IMG/VR virus record: IMGVR_UViG_3300028393_000063
Reading direction: 5' to 3' (one strand)
From: an uncultured virus (IMG/VR IMGVR_UViG_3300028393_000063)
Taxonomy: Duplodnaviria > Heunggongvirae > Uroviricota > Caudoviricetes
DNA: 64,000 bases
Shown here piece by piece: positions 48,720 to 58,245 of this stretch (positions within the stretch are counted from its first letter, which is position 1; every line of letters starts with the position of its first letter). The position numbers and the translations under genes are program-made. The notes beneath the pieces were generated by a model. That model was not told where the DNA came from, did not search any database, and saw nothing but the letters and a program-made list of their open reading frames with translations.

Positions 48720-51700
48720 TTAAGGATGGGTTGCTTTGTATGCGTCAAATTCTGCTTTTAACTGCTTTATTGCGTTTATCATGTACCAAGTTAGGTTGTC
48801 CGAGTCTACAGACATAACACCGGTGCTTTCAGTCTTAATACACTCAGGCAATATCTGTTGAAGTTCTTGGGCAATAACACCAAGTTGAACGCCTTCTTTT
48901 TTAATTGCTTGACTTTGCGGTAAGTCGGTAACTTCTTCAGGTAAACGGTATTCAAAGTTACGCACTTGAATTTGTGTAATCTTATCTAGACCTGTGTTGT
49001 TGTCTACAATGTTCTTTTTAAGTCTTGCGTCAGAAGTAATAGACCACGATAAAGAATTGTTACCTTGATATACGCCACCAGCACCGGGATTAATAAATCC
49101 TGTGGTAGTACCTTTACCAGCGGAGTTATACCCAATAACGATTTCATTTGTTGGGCTTGCGCCTGACGGATAAGCATATGAGCCAACATAAACATTGGAG
49201 TTGCCAGTTGTTAAATTTGAACCCCCTACTGGAGAACCATATCCAGAACTAGTACCAAAACACGAATTATTAGAACCGCTTGTAATAGCATAACCAGATT
49301 GATAACCAAAAAGGTTATTTCCAGCACCATCAAGGCTATAGCCAGCCTGATAACCTACTGCGGTGCTACTAGAGGCGGTGTTGTTATTGATAAGCGATTG
49401 CTGACCAAAAGCCGTATTGTACGAACCTGTAGTGTTGCTTAATAAAGAATAAAAACCAAAAGCGTTATTAGATACACCAGTTGTATTTGCAGTAAGTGCT
49501 TGAAAACCAAACGCATCTGAACCTCCAGTAGTGTTTGCTCTTAGTGCTTGATAACCTACGGCTGTAGAATTTCCGGCTGTGTTTGCGTACAGTGCTTGAT
49601 AACCAACTGCTGTGTTGTTTGAGCCAGAAGCACCGCCATTTGCTACGCTTAATGCACCTGAACCTAATGCAGTATTGTAAGAACCTGTTGCTCTATATCC
49701 TGCATAACCACCTACATAAGTATTATCAATTCCTGCTGTATTAAAGTATCCTGCGCTTGCGCCAATATATACCTGACCTTGATTAGAGCCACCGCCAGTA
49801 TATGAATATGCCGCTTGCGAACCTACTGCAACTAGAGTTGGCGCTACAGTACTGCTATACAAGGCTTGATAACCTACGGCTACAATATTAGAGGCGGTGG
49901 TGTTTGAACGCAAAGCGCCAGAGCCTAAAGCCACATTATAACTACCAGTTGTATTTAACTCTAATGTCCCACTTGAAATACCGGGAACACTACCTCCAAC
50001 TGCAACGTTTTGTGTACCTGTGGTATTTGAGGTTAAAGACATGGCACCAAATGCAGCATTGTAAGCGCCACTGGTGTTACTGCTCAATGCTTCTGCTCCA
50101 AATGCTGCATTCCAGCGACCGACAGCGCCACTTGAGCCTTTTAGTGCATTTCCACCCATTGCTGTATTGCCATCACCTGCATTCCAGTATGTTGCTTGAT
50201 AGCCCACTGCGGTGTTGTTATTACTGCTTACATTCTTGTCTAGTGCGCCCGACCCAATGGCAACATTGTTACTACCAGTGGTTGTGCTTTCTAAAGCATA
50301 ATCACCGATTGCTATGTTGTAGTTAGCAGTAGTATTGCCTAGTGCTGCTCTGTAACCAATAGCAACTAAGTTTATACCTGTAGTGTTTGCATATCCTGCT
50401 TGATAACCTACGGCTGTGTTTTGAGAGGCGGTGGTGTTTGCTCTTAATGCTTCTACGCCTAATGCAGTATTGTAAGAACCACTTGTGTTTTGTAATAGAG
50501 CCTGTTGTCCTATAGCAGTTAGATAAGAACCAGCACCTGTAGATGCTACTGCCGCATCTCCAACAATAGTGTTATATGAACCTGTATTTAAGTATCCAGA
50601 AAAAGAACCAGCAAATAAATTATTACTGCCAGTATTTGATTTTCCAGCAAAATAACCTATACCAGTTTGCCTATCTGTTGTAGTTGTTGTATATAAAGAC
50701 TGATAACCTACTGCTGTGTTATTAGAGGCGGTGGTGTTGGAGCCTAATGCACCAGTACCAACTGCAATATTGTATGAACCCGTACTGTTGCCACTCAGCG
50801 CAGAAACAGAATTAGCAACATACTCCCCCCCAACTGCTACGTTGGCAACACCCGTTGTGTTGCTATATAGGGCATTACGTCCGAATGCGTGTAAAGCCGT
50901 TCCCGTGGTATTGCTATACCCTGCTTGATAGCCTACTGCTGTATTGTTAGAGGCGGTGGTGTTTTTCTCTAGCGCTGACCTACCAAGGGCAGTATTAAAG
51001 GAGCCAGTGGTATTTTGTTGTAAAGCCCAGTAGCCTAAAGCCGCATTAGAGCCTCCACTACTATTTGTTGATAGCGCCCCAGAACCAACAGCAGTGTTAA
51101 AAGATGTTGTATTGCCGTAAAGTGTTTGATAACCTACTGCTACGTTGTCTGTGCCAGTAAGGTTTGAGTTCATGGCTGAGTAACCGAGAACTGTATTATA
51201 TGCACCTGATGTGTTTTGATTTAAAGCATACCCACCAACAACAGTATTTGCATCCCCTGTAGTATTTGATGCTAAAGCCTCTCGACCAACTGCTACAGAA
51301 CCTCCACCTGTAGTATTAGCCCTTAAAGCATTCATTCCAACTGCTGTTAGACTACCACCTGTACTGTTTGTGTATAAAGACTGATAGCCTACTGCTGTGT
51401 TGTTAGAGGCGGTGGTGTTTTGTGCTAATGCCGCAGTTCCTATAGCAGTATTGTAACTACCTGAACTATTGCTAAACAACGCACCATATGTTCCAGCATC
51501 TTGTGAGCCAACAGCAGTATTGTAAGAGCCTGATGTAGTTAAATACATAGCGTAATTACCAAGAGCCAAGTTGTTATTTCCACTTGTAATACTTGCCAAT
51601 CCACTAGCACCAACTACGGTGTTATTAGTAGCCCCAGCGTTTCCACGCCCCACTCTTACACCATAAACAGTTAAGTCAGTACCTGAGTATAAAAGGTTGG

Positions 51701-52073
51701 CTGAGTCTGTTAGTAGACCGTCCGTAGTAGCATAAGCAACACGACCACTTGTTAATGCGGCTGAACTTAAATTGACAGACCGCTCACTAGGATAAGTTAG
51801 GAATACGTTCTGTGTACCAGTACTAAAGTTAGTTAAAGAGCCAGCATTAGATGAGGAGAGCACCGTGGTACGGGCTAATGTTCCAGACGAGTAAGTACCA
51901 ATACCTACTTCCCAATTAGCTCCATTCTGGTCAGCTATAGCGTAGTAACAAGTATTACCGTTGCCTACCGTGCTAAATGCTTGGTAGCCTGTAACTGCGC
52001 CTAATAACGTAATCGTACCTGTACCGGGAGAAGTACAGGTCTCTAGTACTCTGTCCTTTAATACTAATGCCAT
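48720..52073 (-). CDS. Tail fibre/spike with NTAVG repeats and C-terminal S74 intramolecular chaperone
   Basis: Many NxAxGxxAL repeats; SDARLKKNI...GVIAQE...AIKQL. Confidence 0.9.
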   Translation of the reverse strand: MALVLKDRVLETCTSPGTGTITLLGAVTGYQAFSTVGNGNTCYYAIADQNGANWEVGIGTYSSGTLARTTVLSSSNAGSLTNFSTGTQNVFLTYPSERSVNLSSAALTSGRVAYATTDGLLTDSANLLYSGTDLTVYGVRVGRGNAGATNNTVVGASGLASITSGNNNLALGNYAMYLTTSGSYNTAVGSQDAGTYGALFSNSSGSYNTAIGTAALAQNTTASNNTAVGYQSLYTNSTGGSLTAVGMNALRANTTGGGSVAVGREALASNTTGDANTVVGGYALNQNTSGAYNTVLGYSAMNSNLTGTDNVAVGYQTLYGNTTSFNTAVGSGALSTNSSGGSNAALGYWALQQNTTGSFNTALGRSALEKNTTASNNTAVGYQAGYSNTTGTALHAFGRNALYSNTTGVANVAVGGEYVANSVSALSGNSTGSYNIAVGTGALGSNTTASNNTAVGYQSLYTTTTTDRQTGIGYFAGKSNTGSNNLFAGSFSGYLNTGSYNTIVGDAAVASTGAGSYLTAIGQQALLQNTSGSYNTALGVEALRANTTASQNTAVGYQAGYANTTGINLVAIGYRAALGNTTANYNIAIGDYALESTTTGSNNVAIGSGALDKNVSSNNNTAVGYQATYWNAGDGNTAMGGNALKGSSGAVGRWNAAFGAEALSSNTSGAYNAAFGAMSLTSNTTGTQNVAVGGSVPGISSGTLELNTTGSYNVALGSGALRSNTTASNIVAVGYQALYSSTVAPTLVAVGSQAAYSYTGGGSNQGQVYIGASAGYFNTAGIDNTYVGGYAGYRATGSYNTALGSGALSVANGGASGSNNTAVGYQALYANTAGNSTAVGYQALRANTTGGSDAFGFQALTANTTGVSNNAFGFYSLLSNTTGSYNTAFGQQSLINNNTASSSTAVGYQAGYSLDGAGNNLFGYQSGYAITSGSNNSCFGTSSGYGSPVGGSNLTTGNSNVYVGSYAYPSGASPTNEIVIGYNSAGKGTTTGFINPGAGGVYQGNNSLSWSITSDARLKKNIVDNNTGLDKITQIQVRNFEYRLPEEVTDLPQSQAIKKEGVQLGVIAQELQQILPECIKTESTGVMSVDSDNLTWYMINAIKQLKAEFDAYKATHP

Positions 52074-52086
52074 GATTGGCTCCTAA

Positions 52087-52695
52087 TTACGAAGTTGCGG
52101 TTGTACTATAAGTTACAGATACTGTATCGCCAGCCGTTACTATTTTAGATGTAGTAAAGTTACCTTCGGAATAAAGCGTACCAGCTGTTGAGCTTTGCGT
52201 ATTAACAGCACCTGTACCGGTTACCAAGAAGCATCCGTAAACTGTTCCGCCAGCGCCCGTGATTGTATAAGTAATTGAGGCTGCAGCAGAGGTTGTGACG
52301 TTACTTGGGGTTGTGCCTGTAGAAGTAGAAGCTGTAAACACCGCTGTGCCACGAACCGCTGAACTACTTACTGTGTAGTTAATGAACTCACCAGCATTTG
52401 TAGTCACTAAGGTAGTCATCGTATCTGTAGCTGCTGGAGTTAAAGACACTTTAGTTAAGCCTAGGAACGGTCCAACAACAGTATAAGAAGAGCCTCTTAA
52501 CAAGGTATCTAACATCAGCTGTTTACCTACAGCTACGACTAAGTTAGGAAACTCATCTTCCCACTTTAATTTGCCCTCGGCATCACGGCACACTACTTTA
52601 TAAAAACCTTCTATACCCATTCCTTCGGGAATAGTTACGTTTGCTTGTAATGAGGCTACAGCGTTATCACCGCAGCTTGCTTTTTCGTTTGTCAT
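52087..52695 (-). CDS. Virion structural protein (tail-associated)
   Basis: KWEDEFPNLVVAVG...GTLYS...AGDTVSVTY, beta-rich. Confidence 0.6.
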   Translation of the reverse strand: MTNEKASCGDNAVASLQANVTIPEGMGIEGFYKVVCRDAEGKLKWEDEFPNLVVAVGKQLMLDTLLRGSSYTVVGPFLGLTKVSLTPAATDTMTTLVTTNAGEFINYTVSSSAVRGTAVFTASTSTGTTPSNVTTSAAASITYTITGAGGTVYGCFLVTGTGAVNTQSSTAGTLYSEGNFTTSKIVTAGDTVSVTYSTTATS

Positions 52696-52703
52696 AATTA
52701 CTC

Positions 52704-53132
52704 CTAATTAAGAAGAATAACAGCGGTTGTTGAAGTCGCTGAAGGGAAAGTTATAGTAAATGTTTCTGATGCTGTTTTATTTGAACCAAAATCTAACACA
52801 CAAATAGCCGCAGACGTTGTGCTATTATAAATCAAAGCCCCTCGTGTAGTAAAGGATGCTCCTGTCCAAACTACATTATCAAATGAAATATATGCGGTAT
52901 TGTTTATAAAATCAACTGCTGGCACTATTGGAGTTAAGGTTTTTCCTCCGGCGGTGTATCCCCCGCCAACAATCTCATTGCTAGTAGTATAAGCAAGAGT
53001 TGAGCTGTCCAGAGTAGCCAGAGATGTATAAAGTGCAATTTTATAAACATAAGTAGTTCCTACGGCAAAATTTTCTAAGCCACTTAAAAGATTCTTTTTA
53101 AATATTGTAGTTTGGCCTTGGGTAAAAGACAT
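52704..53132 (-). CDS. Virion structural protein (tail-associated)
   Basis: FK..LL.G...KIALY...GYTAGG...RGALIYN...VLDFG. Confidence 0.6.
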   Translation of the reverse strand: MSFTQGQTTIFKKNLLSGLENFAVGTTYVYKIALYTSLATLDSSTLAYTTSNEIVGGGYTAGGKTLTPIVPAVDFINNTAYISFDNVVWTGASFTTRGALIYNSTTSAAICVLDFGSNKTASETFTITFPSATSTTAVILLN

Positions 53133-54046
53133 TAACTAACCCCTATCTTAACTTGACCATCTCTATAAGCATCGCCACGCTCCAGACCATCACCAAGGCG
53201 TTTAGCTAGGGCTACGGCTTCAGTAAACTTCTGTTCGTAATAAGTGACCATATCCTGCTCACCCTTCATAAATATCATGGCTTCCCGCATTGCACCATAC
53301 AGGAGAACAGGGTCAAAGTTATCACCAAGCCAAGAAGTCCCAGTTGTATTATTAACCGCAGTCACGGGTATAGAGAACCCAGAACCAGAACCGACACCGA
53401 TATTAGCTGCATTAAAGCTTAGGGTATCCCCTACTATGTAAAATTGTCCACCATTAGTTAGAGTTACGCCTGTAACAATACCAGCAACAATAGTTAATGT
53501 AGCTACAGCCCCCATACCAGAACCACCTGTTAACGGTATGTTTGTGTACGTTCCGCTAGTGTATAAAGTTCCGCCAGTAATAGTGCCTAATAAGGTAACA
53601 ATACCCTGCACAATAGAGGCTGGGTAAAAGAAATAGTGCAACTCTACAGGATAACTAGAGTTTGGTGTAGGCCCCATAATGACTGATAATTCAGTGTTTA
53701 AGGTGTATTGTGGGCCAAATAAGGCGTAATACTTAGGTGTTCCTGTATCAGTTGCTTTAGGATAAGCCTGTCTAATATAATTAACATCTTTATTAAGTAA
53801 GTACTCGTAGCCATCTGCCGTTACTACAGCCAGTGAGTAAGTAGCTAAAAAGTCGTTTGGCAAAGAGAGGTATTGATTACCTGAAGTTAGAGTCCCCGTT
53901 ACATTTTTGCGTAGCGAAGGAAACTGTATTGTATTAAAGATACGCTCTTCAGCCTGTTGTACAAACGTAGGAATGCTCGATATAAAGAGCGATTCCGTAT
54001 TCTCAGCGTAGTTCTGAATTGTTTGGTACAACGTAACGTAATTCAT
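53132..54046 (-). CDS. Head-tail adaptor-like protein with inserted beta-rich domain
   Basis: FVQQAEERI...GTPKYY...GPTP...LLYGAM; Gly/Thr-rich insertion. Confidence 0.6.
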   Translation of the reverse strand: MNYVTLYQTIQNYAENTESLFISSIPTFVQQAEERIFNTIQFPSLRKNVTGTLTSGNQYLSLPNDFLATYSLAVVTADGYEYLLNKDVNYIRQAYPKATDTGTPKYYALFGPQYTLNTELSVIMGPTPNSSYPVELHYFFYPASIVQGIVTLLGTITGGTLYTSGTYTNIPLTGGSGMGAVATLTIVAGIVTGVTLTNGGQFYIVGDTLSFNAANIGVGSGSGFSIPVTAVNNTTGTSWLGDNFDPVLLYGAMREAMIFMKGEQDMVTYYEQKFTEAVALAKRLGDGLERGDAYRDGQVKIGVS

Positions 54047-54336
54047 TATGCCATCGGCCCTCTAGACATTAAGCCTTTAGTAGCAGCGCCTGTACCACGC
54101 ATCTTAATACCAGAAGTCTTAACATCATCTCTTCCGGGGTCTCCTGCGCTTACACGCATAGCTTGTGAGGAAGGTCTTGTTTGTTTAGCACTTAATGTAT
54201 TTGGGTCTACAGCACCAGATACGGCTTTCATAGCGTCTTTAGGACCTAATGAAGTACCTGCCATTGTATGTGGAGTAGCGTATACGGAAGCTTGTCCAAC
54301 TTCCTTACCCATTACTTTGTTAGAAAATTTAGCCAT
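54046..54336 (-). CDS. Small basic late protein
   Basis: GIKMRGTGAATKG motif. Confidence 0.65.
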   Translation of the reverse strand: MAKFSNKVMGKEVGQASVYATPHTMAGTSLGPKDAMKAVSGAVDPNTLSAKQTRPSSQAMRVSAGDPGRDDVKTSGIKMRGTGAATKGLMSRGPMA

Positions 54337-54338
54337 GA

Positions 54339-54509
54339 TTATTTCCCAAATTGGTTTTTAAGTTTAGCCATATTACGCCCCACAGCTTTCATAGCATCTT
54401 GCGTTTTACCACCTTTAGCCATTTTAGTTGGTTTAGAACCCTTGTGCATACTTTTTTCATGCTTACGCACTTCAGTATCTGCAATTGATTTTACTTCTTT
54501 TTTGTCCAT
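54339..54509 (-). CDS. Small basic late protein (56 aa) with MAKGG motif
   Basis: Manual translation MDKKEVKSIADTEVRKHEKSMHKGSKPTKMAKGGKTQDAMKAVGRNMAKLKNQFGK; SD AGGAG. Confidence 0.7.
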   Translation of the reverse strand: MDKKEVKSIADTEVRKHEKSMHKGSKPTKMAKGGKTQDAMKAVGRNMAKLKNQFGK

Positions 54510-54519
54510 TTTATGCTCC

Positions 54520-54936
54520 TTAACTTACGGTTACGCTATTTGTTACACCTATAGATTGTAAACTATTCGGTGTTTCCCCAAAATCATATTTAAACCCTAC
54601 CGGGTTCCAACTCCATTGAATCTGTCTACTACCCCCACTAGGAGTTCCATAACCATCTAAAGTATCCCCAGCGGATTCATTTATAATAATACCAGTATTC
54701 CCAGATTGATAATAGCTATTATCTCTACGTGGTTCTCTTACAGCCTGCGGGTCATTGACCGGATACATACCTAATTGCAATTGTGGCTGGTCAGGTTCCC
54801 AACACTCAGGACATACTTTAATGCTAACTTGCTTAGTCTTAATTGTTAGTTTTTTTAAGTCCGTGAGTTTAAATCTAAAGCCACATCTATCGCACTCAGC
54901 AATTGAAAATCTGCCAGAGGTAAACATCGTAGTCAT
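54520..54936 (-). CDS. Zn-ribbon-containing late protein
   Basis: CDRC...CPEC, DPQAVREPR. Confidence 0.7.
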   Translation of the reverse strand: MTTMFTSGRFSIAECDRCGFRFKLTDLKKLTIKTKQVSIKVCPECWEPDQPQLQLGMYPVNDPQAVREPRRDNSYYQSGNTGIIINESAGDTLDGYGTPSGGSRQIQWSWNPVGFKYDFGETPNSLQSIGVTNSVTVS

Positions 54937-54940
54937 TGCA

Positions 54941-55672
54941 TTACCTTAAAAACGTAACACGAGGTATATATCTATCGGGCGCTTTTTCTCTATCTTCCGC
55001 TGCGGCTAAAGCAAATTGCTCTTCGTAATCTTGTTTAAGACTTATAATCCGTTGTGGGTCTACCCCTTTTAATTTAATAGACAAGTAATAAGCTAATCCT
55101 GCTACCACAGCAGGTATAAATCTAAATGGAATATCTTGTGTATTAACAGCTGTACCTGCATCTTGAATGCGCCTTAAACGCCAGTATACAAACGTATAAT
55201 ACGGGCTTGCTATCGTTCCTTGGTCAGGGGTAGGCCACACTACTATCTTGGGGTTATTTACGCCTGTAGGGTACGTTGCGCCGCTTTGACGGTTAATCCA
55301 AACTTGGATTGGTCGCCCTTGCGCTAATTTATTAGGAATTGTAGAGTAGGTAGATACACTGATGCGGCTGATGGTGATATCGGTCTGATTATTCTGTTGA
55401 CCCGCATTAGTACGGATTTGATGTTCGAGTAAATCAATTGTATCAACTGGTAAGTCATATGTGTTTATCCCCTGCCCCATTGGTATGGTGCCTTGTTCAA
55501 TAGTCCAAAGGTTAATACCACGATTAGCCCACTCAATAGTAAGTATGTTTAATGAACGTCTTGCTGTCTTAAAGTCATAACCCGTGCGTATTTCAAGACC
55601 GCATCTTTCAAATGACTCTTCAATAAGTTCACTTAAATCAAGGTTAAATGCGGAGGTACCTGTTGTAGTCAT
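54941..55672 (-). CDS. Head-tail connector/tubular A-like protein
   Basis: ARRSLN...WAN.GINLW...GRP...WPTPD...GLAYYL. Confidence 0.65.
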   Translation of the reverse strand: MTTTGTSAFNLDLSELIEESFERCGLEIRTGYDFKTARRSLNILTIEWANRGINLWTIEQGTIPMGQGINTYDLPVDTIDLLEHQIRTNAGQQNNQTDITISRISVSTYSTIPNKLAQGRPIQVWINRQSGATYPTGVNNPKIVVWPTPDQGTIASPYYTFVYWRLRRIQDAGTAVNTQDIPFRFIPAVVAGLAYYLSIKLKGVDPQRIISLKQDYEEQFALAAAEDREKAPDRYIPRVTFLR

Positions 55673-56003
55673 TTACTAGCTTTCTTTGCTTTACTAGCGG
55701 CTTTTTGAGCAGTTATATTAACAAGCGCTTTTTTAGCTACAGTTGTTGTTTTTTTAACAACTTGCTTTTTAACGGGTGCTACTACTCCCACAACATCTTG
55801 TGGTTTTGGCATATACCAATTAGTTAGCCACAGTAGTATTTTATTTAGCATATTATACCCTAACGTATAAACATTATTCTAAGTATAAACAAGTCTAATA
55901 CAAAATAACTAAAGTCTTCGTCTGTAACTAATTCAAACCCAAACATCACACCTTTAATAAAGTGTAAATCAATACTAAATAACGGTTCGGTGTCTTCGTT
56001 CAT
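55669..56003 (-). CDS. Two small ORFs (55669-55851 Lys-rich; 55860-56003 hydrophobic, 47 aa)
   Basis: They fill the operon without gaps; the second was translated manually (MNEDTEPLFSIDLHFIKGVMFGFELV...). Confidence 0.5.
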
Positions 56004-56236
56004 TATCTGTACCCTGCGGTTTTCTTTGCTATGTTTTTCGGTTGTGCTACAAACTGTTTACCTTTTGCTTTACCCGCCCGCTTTGCCCGTGTAGTTGCGG
56101 CATACTCTTGCGGACTTAACGCATCAATAGCCTTCTTTGGTAAATACCGCTCACCCGTTACAGATGATTTCTTACCTGACTTGGTTGTCCATTTCTGGTC
56201 CCCCCAAGCTTTTAAAGACTGTTGTGGCGCTTTCAA
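56003..56236 (-). CDS. Small basic late protein
   Basis: QQSLKAW..QKWTT...GERYLPK. Confidence 0.7.
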   Translation of the reverse strand: MKAPQQSLKAWGDQKWTTKSGKKSSVTGERYLPKKAIDALSPQEYAATTRAKRAGKAKGKQFVAQPKNIAKKTAGYR

Positions 56237-56487
56237 TCTTTATACCCCCCACCGGCGGCTTTGTATTTCTTTGCTACCAATTGAGCCTTACGAGCTGACC
56301 ATTTCCCTGCGCCTGTGCCTTGTGTTGCTGCGGATTTAACCTGAGAAACAATACGCTTTCTAAGACTAGGTTTAGTGTAATTACCAGCTGCGTTTACTTT
56401 ACCGCCTTTTTTTAATAAGACGGCGGACTTGGAACTATCAGGTTGTTTTGCTGGGCTAATTGCTCCCATGCCCCGACTAGCTTTCAT
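56233..56487 (-). CDS. Small basic late protein
   Basis: LKKGG, NYTKPSLR, WSARKAQ...YK..GGGY. Confidence 0.7.
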   Translation of the reverse strand: MKASRGMGAISPAKQPDSSKSAVLLKKGGKVNAAGNYTKPSLRKRIVSQVKSAATQGTGAGKWSARKAQLVAKKYKAAGGGYKD

Positions 56488-56756
56488 TTTGTCTTGCCGC
56501 CTCTACACATACCATAACCACGAGTAGCTAATTGACCAGCAACTTTACCGCCCTTAGCCATTTTTTTAGTGGCTGTAGGAGGAGTGTCTGAAGTCATAGA
56601 TTTATACTTTTCTACGACATAATCTTTAGCTTTACGTAAAGGAGCCATCATAGCTTCACGGTCTTGCTTGTTTTCTTCCGTTGCTATTTTATCGGTTATT
56701 TCTTTAGCCGTAGGCTTGCCCTTATACTCGTCTGGGTCGTATTTTTGCTCAGCCAT
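56484..56756 (-). CDS. Small late protein with MAKGG motif
   Basis: KKMAKGGKV...TRGYG. Confidence 0.7.
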   Translation of the reverse strand: MAEQKYDPDEYKGKPTAKEITDKIATEENKQDREAMMAPLRKAKDYVVEKYKSMTSDTPPTATKKMAKGGKVAGQLATRGYGMCRGGKTK

Positions 56757-56758
56757 GA

Positions 56759-57184
56759 TTAGCAGACCTTGCCTTTAGTTTTGCCCTTAGACTCAATCCC
56801 ACCACCTTTAGACATTTTTTTAACCTTGCCGCCTTTTTTCATCATACCCATTTCAGCGGTTTCGTGTTTTACCATAGAAGCCGGAGCTCCCTTTTTCTTC
56901 ATAAATGCAACTTCTTTTCCTACCATTTTTTTAGACTCTGCCATACCGCCTCCTTTTAGACCTACATGTTTACTAAGACTATAATTGGGAACCCCACCTT
57001 CTGTATGATGGGCTTTTGGTTTGTTAATACTTGCGGGCATACCGCCCTTTTTAAATGTTTTACCTTTATCTGCTTCTGCAAAATCTTTACCTACCGATTG
57101 AGGTACGCCTAATCTTTTTGCTGCTTTAGGATTGTGCGCAACCAACTCCATAAACCGATGCTGTTTTGCTGTTTTACTTGGCAT
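56759..57184 (-). CDS. Basic late protein with four xxxGG motifs
   Basis: Start MPSKTAKQHRFM at 57184; FKKGG, LKGGG, MKKGG, MSKGG. Confidence 0.7.
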   Translation of the reverse strand: MPSKTAKQHRFMELVAHNPKAAKRLGVPQSVGKDFAEADKGKTFKKGGMPASINKPKAHHTEGGVPNYSLSKHVGLKGGGMAESKKMVGKEVAFMKKKGAPASMVKHETAEMGMMKKGGKVKKMSKGGGIESKGKTKGKVC

Positions 57185-57185
57185 A

Positions 57186-57434
57186 TTATTTCCAATGATT
57201 TGAAACAAAATCAACTAACCATGCGCCTGCGCCCGCTAACATCATCCAAACTAAACCGGCTAAAGACTTATGGATTATTGCTTTACGTAACTCTGCTCGT
57301 TCTGCTTCTGCTTTTATTGCCATTCTAACCCATTGTAACTCATCTGGATTTAATGGATGTGAATCTATAGTTTGCTGTACTGCCTCTTTAATTAGCTGCA
57401 CTAGTTCTAATTTTGTGGAGTCGTCTAGTGCCAT
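57186..57434 (-). CDS. Small membrane protein
   Basis: C-terminal TM segment; probable ATG at 57434. Confidence 0.55.
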   Translation of the reverse strand: MALDDSTKLELVQLIKEAVQQTIDSHPLNPDELQWVRMAIKAEAERAELRKAIIHKSLAGLVWMMLAGAGAWLVDFVSNHWK

Positions 57435-57691
57435 TAACATTTCCATCTCTTTAGACTTGCAGCCTTTCTAGTAGGTTTGCCGTTCTCGTCTTTCATTGGT
57501 CCGGGCATTCCTGACATCCTAGCGCAAAACGACTTCTTCCTTGCGCCCCCTTGTGGTTGCGGAGCCTTTAAGTTAGACCCTGTAGCCGCATTGTACTTAG
57601 CTCTGCCTTTGGCGGTAAGTCCAGCCCCTTTAGATACGGGTAACTTCTCACCCCTACCAATAGCCAGAGACGGACCTTTTTTCTTAGCCAT
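57434..57691 (-). CDS. Small basic late protein
   Basis: GLTAKGRAKYN...SFCARM...LKRWKC. Confidence 0.7.
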   Translation of the reverse strand: MAKKKGPSLAIGRGEKLPVSKGAGLTAKGRAKYNAATGSNLKAPQPQGGARKKSFCARMSGMPGPMKDENGKPTRKAASLKRWKC

Positions 57692-58196
57692 AATAAATAT
57701 TAACTGCCGTTAGGTTAACCATATACGCATACACGCCAGTAATAGCTCTTACGCCTTCTCCCGGAATAAATGGTGCGTTATTATAAGAATCTCCAGCCGC
57801 TATATCATATGACATTAGCCACTTACCTGTAGAATAAACAAGTGTTGGTGAGGCACTAATAGTCCCGCTGTTAATGTCTGTAACTGTAAATGTACTAGAG
57901 TTTGTAACAGTAACTGCGTAAGTACCATTAGTAGCCGTTCCGCCCGTGCCCGCCGCAAAGTCAATACCAATGGTTTGTCCTGTTGCTAAACCATGAGCCG
58001 ATTGCGTAATAGTAACAGTTGTCCCAGAACGACCATAAGTAGCCGTAGTTACAGGAGCGGTTGTGGTATCAAAAATAGTTAATTGCCCAGCAGAGGCAGT
58101 ACCAGTTAATGATATACCCTTAATACGGGTGCCAAAAGGCACCATAATACCGCTGCCGTTTAAATGCGCTTGTTTTACATCATATTGCATACCCAT
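57684..58196 (-). CDS. Virion structural protein with small beta-domain insert
   Basis: TITQSAHGLATGQTI...NGTYAVTV insert; SD AGGAG. Confidence 0.65.
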   Translation of the reverse strand: MGMQYDVKQAHLNGSGIMVPFGTRIKGISLTGTASAGQLTIFDTTTAPVTTATYGRSGTTVTITQSAHGLATGQTIGIDFAAGTGGTATNGTYAVTVTNSSTFTVTDINSGTISASPTLVYSTGKWLMSYDIAAGDSYNNAPFIPGEGVRAITGVYAYMVNLTAVNIYYG

Positions 58197-58215
58197 AATT
58201 AATCTCCTAAGTTGT

Positions 58216-58240
58216 AAAAAGGGGTCCGTAGACCCCCCGG
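58216..58240 (-). terminator. Rho-independent terminator
   Basis: Minus strand GGGGTC-TACG-GACCCC followed by TTTTT. Confidence 0.7.
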
Positions 58241-58245
58241 ATTAA

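Noticed and set aside
49372..51420. GGCGGTGG as an E. coli Chi site
   Set aside because: It differs from GCTGGTGG and the host Chi sequence is unknown
48720..52073. Diversity-generating retroelement or invertible fibre cassette
   Set aside because: No reverse transcriptase, TR/VR pair or invertase was seen
35330..57184. xxGG motifs as a ubiquitin-like conjugation system
   Set aside because: Motifs are internal in disordered regions, and no beta-grasp, E1, E2 or JAB protein was recognised
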